Shown piece by piece: positions 39,330-52,400 of a stretch of 64,000 nt of DNA; position 1 is the stretch's first letter; every line of letters begins with the position of its first letter. The stretch spans positions 131,812,001 through 131,876,000 of the forward strand of contig OX597815.1 of NCBI GenBank assembly GCA_951406725.2, read 5' to 3'. The notes under the pieces were generated by a model that made no database searches, was not told where the DNA came from, and saw only the letters and a list, made by a program, of their open reading frames with translations. A program made the position numbers and the translations under genes. This DNA comes from Octopus vulgaris (lineage: Eukaryota).

Positions 39330-40290
39330 TTCCCTTAGAATCTTCATGTCTCATTGCTGTTTAAGATTTATGTTCATGCACAAGCATCTTACAAATCTAC
39401 CTGTCACATTGAGAGAGAAAACTCTTGTTAGCAACAGAAATAATTGTTCTCTGAACATTCCCCACTTGTTCTTAATTTAGCATCTTTACTTTAAAAACAT
39501 CCTCTCCATCTGCTAAGAAAGTCACCAACATAACAGAAGCAGTGTACTCCTTCCATTGATTGTTTTGAGCATTTCACGAAATGTATTTCCCGAGCGCTTT
39601 TTGTATATGTTGCTCCTTTGAATTTGTCACATTCAACGTCTCTTTTATCTGTTAACCTGCCTTTGATGCCACTGAAAATCTTGTGTGTGTCCACATTTTA
39701 CATTGGCTTCAGCATATGCAATTTCTATCTCTCCTTTGTCTACATATTTCGGAAAGCCATTTCGTTTATGGCAACATATTCTGTCTGCTTCCAAAATACT
39801 TAAGGCTTTGGTCTGTGCCAAATTAACTTCGAGACCAGTTTCTTCTTTGTTTTGCATCCACGTCTGAAATTTCTTTACTAGTCCTACTACAGGCTTAGCT
39901 ATAAGAATGAGGTCATCTTAAACCCCTCTGCTATGGTCTCTTCAACCATGTTGTATAGAAGGTGGAGAGCTGAATTCTAATGAGTTCTTACGTGTAAATA
40001 AATGTGTCACTATATATCGTTGATTTTCACCTTACTGACAGCACCTTGGTACATGGCTTCTATGGCCCTACCTTTATCTTTCTTAATAGCCACTAGACCA
40101 CACAATCAGAGACACAGTCAGAGGCATTCTAGAAGCCCTTTTCCAGATCGACTAATGCTAAGTACAGTGGATTTCTTTTAGCCAAGTTACTCTCCTGGAA
40201 TTGCCTTATCAGTAAGAGAGCGTTTGCAGTACTTCTCTCTCCCATTCTTTCTCTCTAATCGAGTGTAACTTTGCTGACCTAGCTCAACGA
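39330..40290 (-). mobile_element. RTE-clade LINE RT relic
   Basis: DDLILIA, GLEVNLAQTK, THK..SGIKGRLT, FCYVGDFLS..GC on the minus strand. Confidence 0.7.
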
Positions 40291-40369
40291 TCTCGCACCT
40301 TTCTCTTAGGCGTCTTTACAATCTTAGCAGTAGACATCAATGCAACTATGTCAGTCGTTGTATATAATT

Positions 40370-40434
<65 letters not shown>

Positions 40435-41191
40435 CGAAAAGAGTGGCAGTAGAGAAAATTGTGAATGTATTTGATTTTGACACTTCCTTCAGTCTGAAAC
40501 GCATTGAACAAACAGCATGTGTGTATTTTACATAAGATTCATGAGTCCCAACCTGCTAAATCAGATGATAATGTGGATCTGATACAGGAATGTACTAATC
40601 GACATCGTATTTTTACAAAACAAACAGCTTGTTAGAGGTTGTCTAACAAACAGTACTCACATACAAACAATTTTGAAGAAAGAAACTGTAGGAGACATTA
40701 TGAAATATGTGAACTCTAGACTGAAGAACGTAAGCAAGTTGAATGAAATGCAAAGGCTGTTGATAAAGTGTTAAGTGTTGAATTACTTTTCCTTTCGATC
40801 ATTGGACTTGTTCTTAGCACTTCGTTAAAAGCTTTATATTTACAGCCCTTAGAGTATCAGTTACCTTCTTTTTTTTTATTTCAACGCCTTAAGAGAAAGT
40901 AAAAGCAACAGTCTAAGATTGTAGTTGGATCGGAAATAGAAAATAGGAAGAGAAGAATGATACAATATCCATTTACATTTGTTTTCTCGATGGCAATGTA
41001 AATAACGTCAACCACAAACGTAACAAGACTTCTTAATCGCCATCTCTTTTCAAGCCTACTTCTTACAATAAGAAAAAGAAAATGGACTATCCTGCTCAAG
41101 GGAGAATACTACTTACGCCAAGAAGAGTAGTATAGAATTTTCAAGTAGACTTTACCGTGTTTATAGTGAACAACCGCTATATACATTCCAT

Positions 41192-41231
<40 letters not shown>

Positions 41232-41377
41232 TGTTCTCCTGTTTCCTGTTTACAGTCTGCTGGTATTAGTAATCTATCAGTTTTTTTTTATTTTCTCCAT
41301 ACAAAACGTAGATAATTTCATGTCCACTTCACACAAATGCAATGAGCTATACATACATACATACATACATACATACA

Positions 41378-41411
<34 letters not shown>

Positions 41412-41449
41412 CATACATACATACATACATACATACATACATACATACA

Positions 41450-41482
<33 letters not shown>

Positions 41483-41492
41483 TACATACGCA

Positions 41493-42292
41493 TCTCTTAT
41501 TATAAAAGGCAGATTTTATCTGCTTCCCTTTGTCAGTTATAGAAATCTACAATATAGGATTTCTTCAATTACAATTTACCTAGCATTTTAAGAGTAGAAT
41601 GCATCGGGTCATGCCAGGTCCAGTTTTTACAATTTAAACTCCAATTAAGTAAAATTTACAGAAAACTCACATTCTGGTGTGTATGTCAAATGCTTTTCTT
41701 AATGTGGTTTACACCACACGCAAACGCACACACACACAAACGGAGCGAACTGTTTCACTGACGCTATCACCCTTCTCCTCCTTTGTCTTTGCAAGTTTGC
41801 AGCTATTAAAGTGAAAACAGTGAATCCGACAGCGATAAAGAAAACGAATTAGCACCTGAATGGAGTGAAAATTTAAAAACTGTTTCTTTCGGTGATTTTT
41901 CTGAAGAAACTGCACCAAGCGACATACTTTCCCAGAAGAGTAAAGCCTTAGACTATTTATTTTTCCTTTTTCGAATGAGCCTATTTGAAATCATTACGGC
42001 AGAAACGAACCGTTACACTAAACGTAAACAAATCGAAAGAAAGGATAGTTTGTTATTTCCCACAACCTTAAATGAAATTAAGGCCTATTTTGCCATAAAT
42101 ATTATTATGGGTATCAGAAAGTTACCCAGAATAACAAATTCTATCGTAAAATTTTGTTGTATACCCAATTGAATATTAGCTAATAACCCATTTTCTATAG
42201 CGATGTTTGAACAAAATTTTAATAATTTTATATATTGTTGAATTTACCTGTATCTGCCTGCAATTAGAGTCACTTTGTGACAAAAATTATAG
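41493..42292 (+). mobile_element. Putative non-autonomous Helitron containing a piggyBac transposase fragment
   Basis: A|TC start (atctcttattataaaag), 3' hairpin GTCAC-ttt-GTGAC then ATAG|T (non-canonical end). Internal ORF LFEIITAETNRY...PTTLNEIKAYFAINIIMGI.KLPRI is DDE_Tnp_1_7-like. Confidence 0.5.
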
Positions 42293-42471
42293 TATAGAAT
42301 TGGATGAGGACATTTCATTAAATTATCTTCCAAAATTCACGTTAATATATTGATAAATAAAAAAGTTATTGTTGTTTAATGAAACCAGACTAAATTTATG
42401 ATTACGTTAGAAATTAATTGAAACAAATAAGGGGTGTATTTTGGTCAGAAATATAGTAACGAAAGGGTTAA
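42293..42471. mobile_element. piggyBac-type terminus
   Basis: AGTAACGAAAGGG|TTAA: CCC-type TIR end plus TTAA target at 42468-42471. Confidence 0.55.
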
Positions 42472-42579
42472 GAAAAACCAAAAAATATTTTATTCTTTAT
42501 AAATGTTGTATTCAAAATAACATTTTCTTTTAAGAATGTGTATATAACAAAGTATGTGTATATAACTACGTGACTTATA

Positions 42580-42975
42580 TCTTTATATATAAGAGTGAAG
42601 TTGTGTGTCTGTCTCCTACGATTTAGATTCCTAACTACTCCCACATTTTGCGGTGCAGTGTAACCAAAACCGGGTATCTTATAGTCGTGAGTCATATCGA
42701 GCCCTTCTGGGTAATAGCGCGCGTCTACGATGAGTCTACGATTTAATAAAAATTACCATCATATTTTTCCATTTTAATGCATTTTTTTCGCTATTATTTA
42801 AGGGAAGTAACTCTCTAAAAATATCTACGATGTGTCAACGATTTAAAAAGAAATTTACCTTAATTTTTTTTCCATTTTAATGCATTTTTTCCCTATTTTT
42901 TGGCTATAACTCACTAAAAATGCTTATATAGTTATTTCCCTTACAAACCCGAGCAACGCCGGGCGATACTGCTAG
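42580..42975 (+). mobile_element. Non-autonomous Helitron
   Basis: Inserted at A|T, 5' TC, subterminal GC hairpin CCCGAGCAACGCCGGG (42948-42963), 3' CTAG, internal tandem duplication. Confidence 0.85.
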
Positions 42976-43091
42976 TGTATGTATAAAGCAAAACAAATTC
43001 AAATGACCAAGCAAGAAATCACGAAATGTTCAAGGCTTGTTCATATTTAATATAGGCGTAGGATTAGCTGTGTGGTAAGTAGCTTGCTTAC

Positions 43092-44737
43092 TACTACCAA
43101 GTTGTCACGTTGTTTTTTGTCGCAGTGGAAGTCACGTCGTACGTGAAAAATTGAACATTTGAAGCTCGACCATAGGTAAAGCATTTGCTTTTGGGGAGCT
43201 TAGTGGGGTATGCTGTTTGTATTTAAGTATATTTTTGAACAGAGGTCTCCACTGGATTCCAGGCATTTGTCTACTAGTGGTCATGCAAGAAGACTCATTT
43301 CGTAGTGAGAATTGTGTTTATTGTGGGACCGAAAATTCTTTGGAATTTTCTGACTGTGTTTGTGCCCTTTCAAGTGGATTTTTACCATAACGGATAGGAG
43401 TACAGCCAGAGTTGGACGGAATACTATTTGTGCTGCGAAGGACTACCAGTTTGCATTACCAGAGTAGCAGAATTGTGTTGTGTTGCCGTTTTGGATTATC
43501 TTCCTTCGCCCTTTCTTCTTCTGTCTGTCTTTCTGCTCTTTTTTTAGCTTCTTTATAGACTTTCATTTGAATATTTTGATTTTTGTTTGTGGGTTTGAAT
43601 TTTTGTTTTGGCTATCAACATGGCAGTTGTGAAATACAATTTGGAGAGGCAAATTGTTGCTCCCAAAGAATGGATGAAAAATTATACGGAAAGAACGGTG
43701 ATGTTAAGGACCTATTCTAGGGTCCTTGAGACCATAAAGGTCTTTCCTCGGGAAGAAATTGAGGAGGAGTTGGTAGACTATCTGCCAACTGTTAGGTTTA
43801 TCCGCAGGGTAGCGAAGCATGCAACTGTGTGTGTACTTTTTGACACCCCTGCGGAAGCTCGCGATTTTGACAGCATGCCTTTGATTCTCCCTACTTATGC
43901 CGGTAGAATGTTGACAAGGGTCCGGGTGTGTGGGCTGTCAGCCGGCATAGAGGCCGAGTGTATAGAAGACACTATCCGTCGGGGCCTGGGTGGTGGCGCT
44001 GACAGGCTCTTAAATACAAAAATGTTGCCTGCGGTTGATTGGGTCGGGTCAAAAGCAATTTTGGCCCTATGGACCCAATCAGCCGATGATCTGGTTTTAC
44101 CAGATTTTTTAACAATGGCATGTCCCGAAACCCCTTCAGTGGGATAAGTGCCACGGGAGGGGGAGAGGAAGATAACCTCGTCAGTGGGAAGTGTGCCACC
44201 GAGCGAGGGAGTTGAGGCACCTATCAGTGAAAGTGGGGAAGAATATATGTTCTTCTATATATAGTCGGATCCTGAGGGACCCGACTTGTATTGACAGCCC
44301 AAAGTGGCCTTCGCAGGTGGCTGCTCTGTTGCCGAAAAGAAAGTAGTGTGATCTTATGACTCGTGTGAAGATGATAATTATAGAATTCCTTTTTGGAACC
44401 CCAGATTGCGGTTGCAGGAATGCCTGCAAGTCGCAAGAAAATTGCTTTAGGAGGGATTGTAGAGGTCTATCGTCTTTGATTGGTGTATAAATTATGTTTT
44501 GTATTTGTGTAGACTTTTGAGTCCAAATATTTTGTATTTTAAATTGTAAGAGGGTCAATACCTCTGTATATGTGTTTATAGAGAACAAGGTTTTAGAGAC
44601 GTAGAGGGTCGGCGGGCGCTTTCTGTCTTCTCCCATCCTTATCATCTTGTATCAGTATCATTCGCCTCATCAATGTTTTGTCCAGCCCGCAAAGCCACCC
44701 ATCTCTGTACTGCCTCTATGGCAAATGAAATGAATAA
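43092..44737 (+). mobile_element. Internally deleted L1/Tx1-like LINE (5' UTR, ORF1-like ORF, 3' UTR) with 15-bp TSD, inserted in a SINE head
   Basis: TSD AAGTA(G/A)CTTGCTTAC at 43077-43091 and 44738-44752; ends at AATAAA; non-repetitive 179-aa ORF at 43608-44147. Clade assignment is by resemblance only. Confidence 0.6.
43608..44147 (+). CDS. LINE ORF1-like protein, probably truncated
   Basis: Longest complex-sequence ORF outside the RT elements; lies inside the TSD-bounded insertion; RVRVCGL resembles ORF1 RRM beta-strands. Confidence 0.45.
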   Translation: MAINMAVVKYNLERQIVAPKEWMKNYTERTVMLRTYSRVLETIKVFPREEIEEELVDYLPTVRFIRRVAKHATVCVLFDTPAEARDFDSMPLILPTYAGRMLTRVRVCGLSAGIEAECIEDTIRRGLGGGADRLLNTKMLPAVDWVGSKAILALWTQSADDLVLPDFLTMACPETPSVG

Positions 44738-44949
44738 AAGTAACTTGCTTACCAACCACATGGTTCTGGGTTCAGTCCCACTGCGTGGAACCTCGAGCAA
44801 GTGTCGTCTACTATAGCCTCGGGCCGACCAAAGCCTTGTGAGTGGATTTTGTAGACGGAAACTGAAAGAAGCCCGTCGTATATATGTATATATATATATG
44901 TGTGTGTGTATGTGTGTGTATATGTTTGTGTGTCTGTGTTTGTCTCAGT

Positions 44950-45232
44950 AAATCAAGGCTTGATATGTGACAATCTGCGAGACCTTGGCGTAGCTGGCAA
45001 ACTGGAAAAGCAAATGCATGACTTCCTTAAAGTCAGAAGTCAAGCAGTTGCAGCCAATGGTGCCCTCTAAGGAGAAATACAAATTTGAAGTGTCATTCCT
45101 CAGGGAACTGTCTTGGGGTCATTAATGTTTATAATATCTCACTTAGACATATCCATGGTCAGTGAAACAGTCACTAGCTACGCCGATGATACAAAATTGT
45201 CTCAGGTAATAAAGAGTCCAGATGATATCATC
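44950..45232 (+). mobile_element. CR1/L2-group LINE RT fragment
   Basis: LRDLGVAGKL...FLKVRSQAVAANG..IPQGTVLGSLMFII...SYADDTKL. Confidence 0.8.
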
Positions 45233-45239
45233 ATCTCTG

Positions 45240-45620
45240 TACATGTTCCGTCAACTGCTAAACAAGAACCTTACCATACTCTCTCCAGGAACCACGGTCG
45301 GCTATTTTTCTCCTCCATGCTTGTGCGCCGAAAACTTTAACAAAGCCTTCATTCCAACTTCTACATTGTTTTCCCTCCTTCATTTTTCTGGACGTGATGT
45401 CCACTCTGTCTATTTGCTATTCCATTTATTATCCATATCCCGCGGAATACCATTTAAAGTTTTTTTTTTATTTTCCTGATAATATCCGTTACACCTGTTG
45501 CAACATATATCCTGTTCTTTCTTCAATAATCCATTTTGTTAATTTTCGTCATTATCCTTCACGTGGATGTTTTCTGATGATCTTAATTTATTTTCAATGC
45601 TCTTGTTGGTAGCCCGTGTT
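45240..45620 (-). mobile_element. RTE-type LINE 3' end relic
   Basis: DNKWNSK*TEWTSRP..SWNEGFVKVFGAQAWRRKIADRGSWREYG. Confidence 0.6.
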
Positions 45621-45893
45621 TCTGATGTATACGTAATGGTTTATGTGTATATGGTATATACGGCGGCACCTATTTATATACTTTCTTATATGGATATTCC
45701 ATATTAAAGGAAATGTAGATTACTTTAACGTTACTTATTGCGTAAAAGTGCCCTGCAAGCAACACTGGCGTTCTAGCGTGGTAAGAAGCTTGCTTCCAAA
45801 CCATATAGTCCTAATTTCAGTCCCCTGTACAAGTATCTATCTTCCAAAGCCTTGTCAGGAGTTTTGGTAGACAAAAATCGAAAGAAGCCCGTC

Positions 45894-45979
<86 letters not shown>

Positions 45980-46220
45980 AAATTTGAAAGTCTATGAGAA
46001 TTACTTAATACAGACTCTGAGGTGTAAAGTAGACTTTGAAATATTTTTTTTAAAAGTCATGAAACCTTTTATGAGAATGTTACTAACCTTATTTGGGGAG
46101 AAGCTTTTTTCTAGTGTGCGAGCGTTTTCGTTTCACCTTTTCAAACACACGTGCTCGGTCTCTCTCTCTCTCTCTCTCTTTCTCTCACTCTATCTCTCAC
46201 TCTCTCTCTCTATCTCTCTA

Positions 46221-46305
<85 letters not shown>

Positions 46306-46373
46306 AGGTATAAGTTAGAGGTGTTTAAAACCTCTAAGGGATACATGTATCCAGAGGCACTCCATTTTCTCAT

Positions 46374-46407
<34 letters not shown>

Positions 46408-47809
46408 ATATATATATTATATGTATGTGTATTTTCGCCATCCATCACTGCTGTTACAACTGGTGTTGGTGTATTTGTGACCTCGTACTTAACAGTTAGG
46501 ATAAGTGCTAGAGCTAGGCCTTAAGAAATGAAATAACTAATAGATTCGTTTCATTGGATCAAAACCCTTACAGACTGTGCTCTAGTATGACCGTAGTCTA
46601 ATGAATTAAAGAAGCAAACCGATACGCTGGGTGCTGGGAATTTAGACATTAGTTTCCTCGCTTTTAAGTAATTATTTCAAATCCTGAAGGCAACTGATTT
46701 GTCTTTTTATTCATCTGATCACGAGAATTATGCTTAGGGATCAACTCGACATTCACTACCAATTTGTAATCTTGTCTGTATTTAGTAAATCAATATTTGA
46801 ACTAATCATTCTCAGCAGATTAATTCTGGCCTGTAATCACCGATGCTGCTTCCCATTGTCGTGACACAAATATAGCTTACTCTCATAAATACACTCACAC
46901 GTACACATACATTCATGCACATTTAAGCACTTACACGCACCGATAACTATGTATGCACACACACACGCGCACACACACGCACACACACACACACGCACAC
47001 ACACACATTTGCTCACTCATTAACAACCTACAAGCAAATGTCTAGTTATTCCCGGATCGATAATTTAATTAGCCTCTCAATATATTTTTATTGATCTCAA
47101 TTGGTCTTTATCAATATATCTATCTAATTCTCTTTATGTGTCTCTCTCCATCCTACTCTGTATGTAGATCTATCATGTATGTACGTGTGTGTGTGTAAAA
47201 CTACATGCATATATATGTATATATTTATATATATATATATATATACATGTATATACGTATGGACATGAATATATGTGTGTGTGTGTGCGTGTGTGTATAC
47301 TTTGCAAAATAGCCAGTTAACTAGATGGATAGATAGAAAAATAGGTGGGGATTTGTGTGTACAAAAATATAAATGGCTTAATTAAGAATCTATAAAAGCC
47401 ACAATCAATATACATAAACGTCGGCTGTTTGAATCAATTAAAAGACTTGCATTCTTAAACTGGATGATTAGTAGCCATTCGCTATACAAAGATGGGTGGA
47501 CTGTACGTTGAATCACTGAATTAATTATTTGACTTGATAAATAATACATAGTAGGAGTGTAATTATTATTTGCTTTTCTTCTTTTCAATCTTCATACCTA
47601 TGCTAATTTACATGGATAATTAATTTTAAAAGCAGAAACGAAGTTAGCAACTCCATTAATATTGTTATCTATTTATAATTTCGAGCGCACTATATATTCG
47701 TGCGCAGTATTCATAGTTCAGCTTTACTTGTCTTTGTTTCACATATATTTTGCCTACTTTTAATCGAAATGCATACATGTATACGTAACTGCATTCATTT
47801 GTGTGTGTG

Positions 47810-47859
<50 letters not shown>

Positions 47860-47883
47860 TGTGTGTATGTGTGCGTATGTGTA

Positions 47884-47918
<35 letters not shown>

Positions 47919-47920
47919 TC

Positions 47921-47984
<64 letters not shown>

Positions 47985-48149
47985 TCATATATATATGTAT
48001 ATACCGGTATACATATAAGCGTGAATGTAGTCGTATATCGACACACCTATTATGTATGGGAAGGTGTTCTTTGCATTTTTTTCAAATTTTCTCTCATTGT
48101 CGGTTTTTTTTCATTGAGGAACAAAACTCTCTGAATACATACATATACA

Positions 48150-48185
<36 letters not shown>

Positions 48186-48197
48186 TATATACATACA

Positions 48198-48460
48198 ATG
48201 GGTTTCAGCGAACCACAATTGTTTAACATCTTGCCAAACAGCCTCAGAGATTTCCACGGCATAGATGCGGAGACCCACAAAAAGCACCTGGGCAAATTTG
48301 TGTCAGGAAATCACATTGCCGCAAGAGGTACAAGGACGAGCAACTCTATCCAACTCACTTCTTCACCAAAAATGATAGGGAAAGGAAACTGAAAGATACT
48401 GAACGGCGATGCTCCACCATGGCCCTAACCTTTGGCTGACATCGGTAAATGAATAACTGA
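48198..48460 (+). mobile_element. CR1-group LINE 3' end
   Basis: [20 protein letters not shown]...KKHLGKFVS matches the GP.LFN.LP..LR...FK..LD.FL pattern. Confidence 0.65.
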
Positions 48461-49307
48461 ATATATTGATTTCTTAGTTCCTAACAGATAAACATAGCCG
48501 GTTAAATGAAGCTTGTTTCATTGAAATTCAGAGAGCATTAACAAGGAGTCTTGTACAAACATGCTGCACATACACACGTATATATGTGTAGGTGAGGGTA
48601 AGCATACAAGAAGATAAATGATTTTAATTAAGAATCTGTAACAGCTGTAATCAATAAACAAATCCTCCGCTGTTTGACTCTATCTCACTGGCTTATTTAA
48701 ATGAATGATTAGTACCTCAAATACAATGCGTAATGTATGTATGCCTGTACGTATGTATAAATATATCATATATGTATGTATGTATGTATAATTGTACAAG
48801 AACCAGTTTCTATTCTCGAAACAAGGCTATTTCATTGGGACTTTGGTAACATCAACATGGCAATCTTGCAAGTATATATGTATATGAATGTGTATATGTA
48901 CGTATACATTCACATGTGTATGCTTACATGCACCTACAGGTATGTAGATATTAGTTTTTATGTACAACCGAACAGTAGGTGCAGGCAATGATGTCATTAC
49001 ATATGTGGATATTATTTCATGGCTAATTTTCTGTATTGTGACACAGCTAATAGCTGTAATCTTTTCATACTCAAGACTGATACTGTGGCATTTAGCCATG
49101 TTGCCAAGTACGTGTTGCTAATTATTGTATTCCAATAATTATTGGTAGTAATCTAAAGCCATTCCCTGTATCCAGTTTCTATGTTGTAGGTGGTACCGTC
49201 GTCATTGTTATTCTAGATATAATTGATGCTGTTCTATATTTAAGAGATAAGGAATTATGTACGTTATTTACATTTGACGGATACTTGTCCTCCCCATGCT
49301 TGTTGTT

Positions 49308-49350
49308 AACACGTTTCGACTGATACACCGTCCACTCTTCATGAGGTATC
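49308..49350 (-). ncRNA. Decayed minimal HHR in a short element (~49215-49400) next to (ATT)n
   Basis: Reverse complement: GATAC-CTCATGA-A-GAGTG..CAGTC-GAAAC-GT-GTT; core G mutated. Confidence 0.45.
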
Positions 49351-49397
49351 TTGGGGAAATTTCGAACTTGGGTTCTTATTCCTAAGGTATTTTTTGA

Positions 49398-49455
<58 letters not shown>

Positions 49456-49456
<1 letters not shown>

Positions 49457-52400
49457 TATGTTTGACTTTTGCTTTATGTCTGTACAAGTTAGCTCCAAGT
49501 CTCACCCAGACACCTCAAGAGACAACAGGTTGGAAGTTCACGTTGTTGATATGCCTAGTGTGCCATATATTTGTTTTGTTTTTTTTGGTATTGTACTAGT
49601 GAATGTCTAATACATAGATTTTTAAAAAAAAGTTTGTTTTAAACCTTGGGATTACATAGAGAGTATTTTGCGTAGGATATGAGCAGTCCCCATGATCACT
49701 ATCTTTTAAATTTCTGCCATTTTGGGGTTTCCTGGTATCTGAGTTATGTAGCAATCAGCCCCTTTCGCTATCATTCCCAGGGCACCTATGACAACAGGTA
49801 TTGTTTTAGTCTTCAGCTTCCACATTTTGCTGATTTCTATTTCAAGATCTTTATATTTGCTCAGTTTTTGGTAGGTCTTGACAGATACGTTTATATCGAT
49901 TGGGACAGTCATATCAATGAGGAGGCATGTTCTTTGTCTGAAGTCTTTCAATATGATGTCTGGCATATTTGCATCTATCTTTCTTTCAATTTGAATGGTG
50001 AAGTTCCAGAGGAGTGAGATGTGGTCATTTTCAAGTACTGGAGGTGGATTGTGTTCCCACCAGTTCTTTTCATGGGGCAAATCCAGGTTTTTGCAAATTA
50101 CCCAGTGAATATATTGTGCAGCTCTATCATGCCTGTTGAGGTACTCTGTAGGCGCTAGAAGACTGCATTTGGAGACAACATGATCAAGGGTTTCATTTTG
50201 TTGTCGGCATACACGACATGTTGGGCTACTGCCGTTCTTTAATATGTTGGCCTGGTAGTTTCTTGTTGGTAGGCATTGATTTTGAGCTGCTATGATAAAC
50301 CCTTCTGTTTCAGATTTTATGCCAGAGGCCATTAGCCATTGGTGGGTCAGGGCTTTGTCAATATCTGCATTATTCGCTCTCTTTGGGTATTTGCCATAGA
50401 GAGGTTTTTCTTGCCATTTATTATTCAGAATATCTAAGGCCGCAGTTTTGGCACGGGTTTTCATGCGCTTAGCTTTTTCTGTGCTTGTTTCTTGTATGTC
50501 TATCTCTAATTCCGAAATTTGCTGTATTCGGAATTCACTTAGATATTCCTTTGCTTGTTTTGTTACTGAGTATGATGCTTTCTTGTTTTCATGCTTTGAG
50601 ACAAGTTTTAACATCCAGTCCTCATACTTTTTCAGGTAGGTGTCTAGGCCAATTGTAGCAATCTTCATTGTTATTGCTAGTTGCAGAAGACCACGGCCGC
50701 CCTCTTTTCTTGGCAGATAAAGTCGTTCTGTATCTGCCTTAGGGTTGTGCATTCTATGCATTGTCAACAGCTTTCTTATTTTTCTCTCGAGCTGACATAT
50801 TTCAGTAATTGACCAGTTGACGATATTAAAACTGTAAGTCACGACTGGTATGGCTAATGCATTGATCACTTCGATCCTGTTTCTTGCATTCAGCTCTGTC
50901 TTGAGTATTGCTCTCACTCTTCGATAACATTCTCTCCTGATCCTTTCCTTCATCTCTGAACGTCTTATTCCGTCCCTTCAATTACCCCTAGGTACTTGTA
51001 GCTCTCCGTTGGGTCTAGTTCTTTTATGACATTCTGCTGGTCAAGGTTAACGTTAGATGTTTCTGTCATTTTTTCCTTTGATAAAGGTAGCTTTTGCACA
51101 TTTATCGAGGCCGAATTGCATTCTGATGTCGTCACTGAATTGTTTGACTATCGCTAGTAAGCCCTTGAGTTGTTGGTCATTTTTTGCAAAATCTTTAAAC
51201 CATCCATGTAAATGAGATGATTTATATTTTTATCAAACATTTTATACCCGTACTGCGCGTCATTGAGCAGTTTTGAGAGAGGTATTAAGGCTAAACAAAA
51301 GAGGAGTGGTGACAGTGAGTCACCCTGTAAAATGCCATACGAAATGTTTACATCACCAGCAGTTAGGGATTCATTGTCACTGTTCAGAATTAGTGTGGTT
51401 CTCCATGATCTCATACTTATAGTGAAAAAGTTTCGCAGAGTAGGTGCTATCTTATACATTTCCAGGCATTTCCTAATCCAGCTATGTGGTAGGCTATCAA
51501 AAGCCTTTTTATAGTCTATCCAGGCTATTGATAAGTTTTTGTGTCGTTTGTGACAATCTTCTAAGATCATCTTATTGATGAGTTGTTGATCTTTACAGCC
51601 GTAGAATCCACGTTTACAACCTTTCTGTTCATTAGGGAATATGCTGCTGTCTGTTAAAAAACTATAGGTATATTCCGTCAGGACAGATGTTAGCGTTTTA
51701 TACATAGTTGTTAAGCAGGTTATGGGTCTATAATTTTTTGGTTCATTTGTTTCTTCACTTTTAGCAGGAATGCTAACCCATTAACTAGCCAAGGAGGCAT
51801 CCTACTAGGGTGTTGCAAAACATCATTGTACAGTTATGTTAGTAGTTCATGGCTCTCTGGGAAGGCATTCAGCCAGAAGTTAGGAATTTTATCCTTTCCT
51901 GGAGACTTCCATTTGCTTGACTTCCTGAGAGCAGATCTTATATCTTCTACCTTGACACCCTCCCACTTTTGCTCTTCTAAGGGGTCCAGTTCTGTAGATA
52001 TTCTGTCAATCCAGGGGGCCTTTCGTTGTTTTTTATTTCTTCTGCCCAAATTTTATTCCAAAATCCCTGCACATCTTCTTTTGATGGTACTGACCTTGCA
52101 GTATACGCTGTTTTTCCTATCTTCCTGTAAAGATTCTTGGGGTTATTTTTGAACATGTTGTTGTCCATGAAAAATCTAACACGCTTTTCATACCTCGCTA
52201 TGCAGGCAGCTTTGGCAGATACCTCTTGTTTGATGGTTTCTATGGTGGCAATATCAAGTATAGTTTTCATATTGTATTTTTTCAGTAATTTTTGGGTTTT
52301 TGTAGGTTTGGTAGTCTTGTGAACCTTAAGGTTTTTCGAATATTCAATGTCAGATCTAAATGGTTTAATTTGTTGTTGCAATCGCTCTTGCCAAGAAGGC

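Larger units (their letters stand above)
43055..44945 (+). mobile_element. CORE-type SINE split by the LINE insertion (43055-43091 and 44753-44945)
   Basis: Head ggcgtagga.t.gctgtgtggtaagtagcttgcttac continues as caaccacatggttc.gggttcagtcccactgcgtgg after the insert, as in the copy at 29370. Confidence 0.85.

Noticed and set aside
40588-40729. Open frame ending at AAC|gtaagc, a possible exon
   Set aside because: Acceptor lacks a pyrimidine tract and the peptide is unrecognised
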